DNA of 51,847 nucleotides from Atractiella rhizophila (Eukaryota): NCBI GenBank assembly GCA_021432655.1, contig MU271506.1, positions 1 to 51,847 of the forward strand, read 5' to 3'. Shown piece by piece: positions 48,273 to 51,847 of this stretch (position 1 is its first letter; each line of letters starts with the position of its first letter). The notes under the pieces were generated by a model. It saw only the letters and a program-made list of their open reading frames with translations, ran no database searches and was not told where the DNA came from. The position numbers and the translations under genes were made by a program.

Positions 48273-49581
48273 ATACTTCACCACACGCTCTCTCCTCTCA
48301 ATCTCTCCTCCTTGGTTCATTCCTTCAACACCTGCATCGCGCACGAAGTCACTTCTCTCAAAGAAACTGTATCTGTCGAAGGGCAGAAGATCGAACTCCA
48401 TCGCGTATGCTACGAAGCTATGGTTCGTGCCAGCGCCAAAGCCTTCTTTGGAAGCACCTTCCCCCTAGATGGGTTGCCAGAAATGATCAGGACTTTTGAG
48501 GCGGACTTTCAGGGAATCTACATCACTTCGAAGCTTCCTTGGCCCATCGGTGCCTTGTTGAGATGGACGGTATTGAGGAAAGGGATCGAATATCAGGAGA
48601 AATTGAGAGCGCTTTGCCTGCAGTTTCACAAGAACGGATTAGCGGAAGATGCTTCCTTGTCTGTGAAGAAGGTTAGAGCTGTGTTGGAGGAGACAGGTTG
48701 GACTGAGGAAAGCTGTGCGAGGTTCTGGAAGGTCTTGCTTTTCGTTCTGTCCTGTGCGCTGTCTCTATCGAAAATGTGCTGGAAACTAACAATTCTGATA
48801 GCAAATCTCTCAGATTCCGTCGCGTAAGCCTCCTCCTTACTCTGAACGAGACTCAGGTTTCCCACGCGCAAAGTTGGACAATGGTCCACATCCTCCAATC
48901 TCCGTCTCTCTTCCGCCAAATCAAGTCTGAAATTACCACTTTGCCCTCTCAAAGCACACTCTTTCCAAACTACACAGCTAACGAGCTAACGACCCAGCTT
49001 GCAACTCTCCTCTCTGCCTTTCACGAAACCATGCGTCTTCGCGCTAGTCCCGCCATGGGTCGAGTAGCTAAACAAGACACTGTCCTCTCCTCCAACAAAC
49101 ACGAAGTTCCAATCAAGAAAGGGACTATCCTTGTCGTCCCAACGCGCTCCCTTCACGTCAATGAGAAGGTTTGGAAGGAGCCTTTTGTGTTTGATGGGAC
49201 AAGGTTCGTCCGGAGCGAAGGAAAGGAAAGAGTAAAGGACCTCTACTATTTTGGAGCTGGGGCTACTCATTGCGCTGGTAGACATGTCGCAATTGCGGCG
49301 GTCTTGAGCACGATAACGATGATATTACTCAATTTCGAATTTGATGTGGAGAGGTTGGATCTCAGGATGAAAGAAGGGCAGAAGATGGAGGGACAGAGGT
49401 TGGAGGTGGATGATGCGGGAGAGAGGGGAACGGCGAGATGGACGGGGAGGGAGAATAGCTGGAAATCTAATATCTCCGGTGTTTGGAGAGCGAAGGCATG
49501 TTGCCCCGAAAAGCAGATAGTGGCTCAATAAAGGGTTAGGGCGGGTTTTGGATACACGTTAAACCTATCGAGAAGATTTGA
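48273..49581 (+). CDS. Second, 5'-truncated copy of the cytochrome P450 (allele or recent duplicate)
   Basis: 48273-49614 matches 43943-45285 almost exactly and begins directly at the gap. Confidence 0.85.
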
Positions 49582-51476
49582 AAAGGACGAAGAATGGCGC
49601 AAATGGCATTCAGGAATGGGTTTCCATCTCTTTTTGCATCAGTATTTGGGGACCAGTTTTGCGTCTAACCGTTCTTGCATTTGCAATGTAGTTTGGTCTT
49701 ATGGCCTAATGTAGTCTGTGGCTGCCTGGGAAGGCGTACGCTGAGGGAGATGCATCAGTATCTGATTATCGAGCATGTGCTGCGCAAGGTGAGGATAACA
49801 GCTCAAGACGAACTCGAAGTGAAGTTGGTCCCCATCGCTGATCACTGCATCCACATGTAAGGTGAGCGCGTGCTAGGCTTTGCGAGGGGTCTTCATACAT
49901 AACAAAGATCCAATGTCCTACCAAAAGGCAGCCGAGGCTGACTCGCTGCATGTTGTCAGAATGGATTTGCCCTTGTCTTCGTAGTCACCATGAACCTACC
50001 AAGACATCATCGACGGCGGGTCACACGTTTGCGAACCGAACAGGCTCAAAGGTTCATTCTGGTCCAACAAATCTGTTCTTCAGCTCACTCTGACTCCTGA
50101 GACACACATTACTCTTTTGGCCAAGTTGGGTGGAGCGGAGCCGGGCGGTCGGAGGTCGGTAGCACGTGCCTCGTACGACATGAAGATGCGCGCGGAATGC
50201 AAGCGCTGCAAAGCAAGCACGAAACCTGCACAAAAACGAGCTCCGAACGCTAAGCTACGCTACCTGAAGGGGGACGCAAGGAAAGCAGGCGCACCCCTAC
50301 AGGCTAAGGCACAAAGAGATAGTGCAAAAACGCGGAGGGAGGGCGGGTGACGTTTTTGCGCTTTTAGGACGCGTGAAAACTCGGTTGAGTGAGCTGATCT
50401 GCTGAGAGGGAATGGCGAAGTGGTTGTAAAAACAAGCGATGACCTCACTTCGCATTCTACAATTTGTTGGAAGGGCGGAAAAGATCTTTCGCTCGTGACT
50501 CACTCCAGTCTTTTCTGCCACAAGAAATTTGCTGGATATCGTTTGTGAGTTACTCAGACTCCGATATCTTGCTCTGATACTGTATCTTGCAAATACACTT
50601 CTCTCAGAACCCAAACCAAGGTCCAAAGTCAGTTCCCCACATCTACTGATTGAATCACTCTTCATTCTTCCCGGAGTTACTCTCTGTGCCCAACACCTGT
50701 CGTCGTCCTCCTGAAGTCAAAGTGTTCCGCCGTATGTAAATGCAATGCGGATGGCGTACTTGTATCGCCAGCAACAAACGATCCATGTATCTCCCCATTC
50801 TCCTTGACTCTACCTAGATGAACCAGTTCTTGAGAGCTTACAGGCCACAGTTTGGGATCTCAGTTCATTTTTGACGTCAGATTTTCTTTATCGTAGTCAG
50901 GATGAGAAGGAAGATGACGAGAACGATTTGGATGAGAAGGCTGACGATGAGAATGGCAAAGGCTTATGATGTGATTAAGGCATAATTTATTCTCCACCTT
51001 CATCTTCCTTCTTCTCATCTAACGTGGGCTATGGAGGGTAGCCAGCTGTGTCTTCTCAAAAGATAAAGGCGCTGGTCCACTTCATCACTCCAGTAACCAG
51101 CAGCTGTGATCGGATCGACCTCTCGATTCTTCCATCTTTCCTATCTCGCCTGCCTCCATCAGTTCACACGCTCCGGATTTTGTTTGTCTCCACAGTTCCT
51201 CCATCGAGCTGGGGGTGGCACCCTATAGAGATACCCTCAAAATTGTCTTATTTACCACTTGGACGGGTCAAAAATGTGGTCAGCAGGGATGGTGTAATCA
51301 CCCTTCACATTACCATCAGCAGTAAAAATGTCACAGTAACCTTTTTGGAGGTCGAAGGGCATCTGTCGGCTGTCAAAAAAGCTTTGTGATGTTCATCTTG
51401 CTGTCCATACACTCTCACACTTCCTCTTCTGCGCGACAACAACACTATCTACGCCCCCATTGCCTTATACTCTCAG

Positions 51477-51794
51477 GACGAAAGCCACTCCCATGGCATC
51501 TTTTCCATCACTTTCGAGCCACCGTCATCAGTCTCATCCTCTACGGCAGCTAGCATCATCCAACTCTCTGTCCCACCTCCAGATGTTGTTCCATGCTCAA
51601 TCTTGCGCTTGCCTGTCGAGCTCCTGTCTCTCATATTCACTTTCCACGAGGCCTACTCTGCTTTCATTCTCTCTCACATGTGCAACCTCTGGAGGGAAGT
51701 TTCAGCTCCTTATTGGCGCGAACCTGATTCTGTCATGGAAAAGTATGATTGGTTGAATGCTATCCTAGTGCTGGACGACTGTGGAACGAATTGA
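51477..51794 (+). CDS. F-box-like domain exon, possibly a pseudogene or partial gene
   Basis: ILRLPVELLSLIF...ILSHMCNLWREV matches the F-box-like consensus; a TGA follows soon after at 51792-51794. Confidence 0.55.
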   Translation, partial: DESHSHGIFSITFEPPSSVSSSTAASIIQLSVPPPDVVPCSILRLPVELLSLIFTFHEAYSAFILSHMCNLWREVSAPYWREPDSVMEKYDWLNAILVLDDCGTN

Positions 51795-51847
51795 GGTTTG
51801 AGAAAACCATGGATGTTGGGATGGTGAAGGAGGTCATTGCAGGCTCG

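Noticed and set aside
48156..48827. 223-aa ORF spanning the N run
   Set aside because: Artefact of translating through the gap; it fuses NLR antisense sequence to P450 sequence.
49620..50400. Possible transposon relic (stop-interrupted minus-strand frame HVDAVISDGDQLHFEFVLSCYPHL plus GC-rich tract at 50130-50380)
   Set aside because: No transposase or RT motif, terminal repeats or target-site duplication could be identified.
1..51847. CRISPR arrays, tRNA/rRNA genes, prokaryotic operons
   Set aside because: The sequence is spliceosomal-intron-rich fungal DNA; no repeat-spacer array or recognisable structural RNA gene was seen by eye.

Overview
Intron-rich eukaryotic DNA, most likely from a basidiomycete fungus: short GT-AG introns with CTAAC/CTGAC branch sites, a Zn2Cys6 factor and DUF6533/DUF6534-type membrane proteins. 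The ORF track fragments most genes, so I spliced them by hand. From left to right: the 3' half of eIF2B-alpha; a TARG1/Poa1-type macrodomain gene; an intronless secreted precursor with three identical Cys-looped peptide repeats (best novelty candidate); a ~1270-aa disordered protein with MIU-like repeats; two tandem secreted DPBB/expansin-like genes; a Zn2Cys6 TF; a DUF6533-like gene; an SDR; a three-member family of secreted beta-jelly-roll polysaccharide-lyase-like genes not visible in the ORF track (two intact, one pseudogene); an NF-YC/Hap5-like gene; a nitronate monooxygenase; a DUF6534-like gene; an ARM-repeat gene; a vWA gene; a P450; a frameshifted NB-ARC/TPR NLR; a 25-N gap; a second partial P450 copy; and an F-box-like fragment. 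Five near-identical duplications of 0.35-1.9 kb cut through genes and may be uncollapsed haplotypes rather than true duplications. Family assignments come from motif recognition only; no database searches were run.
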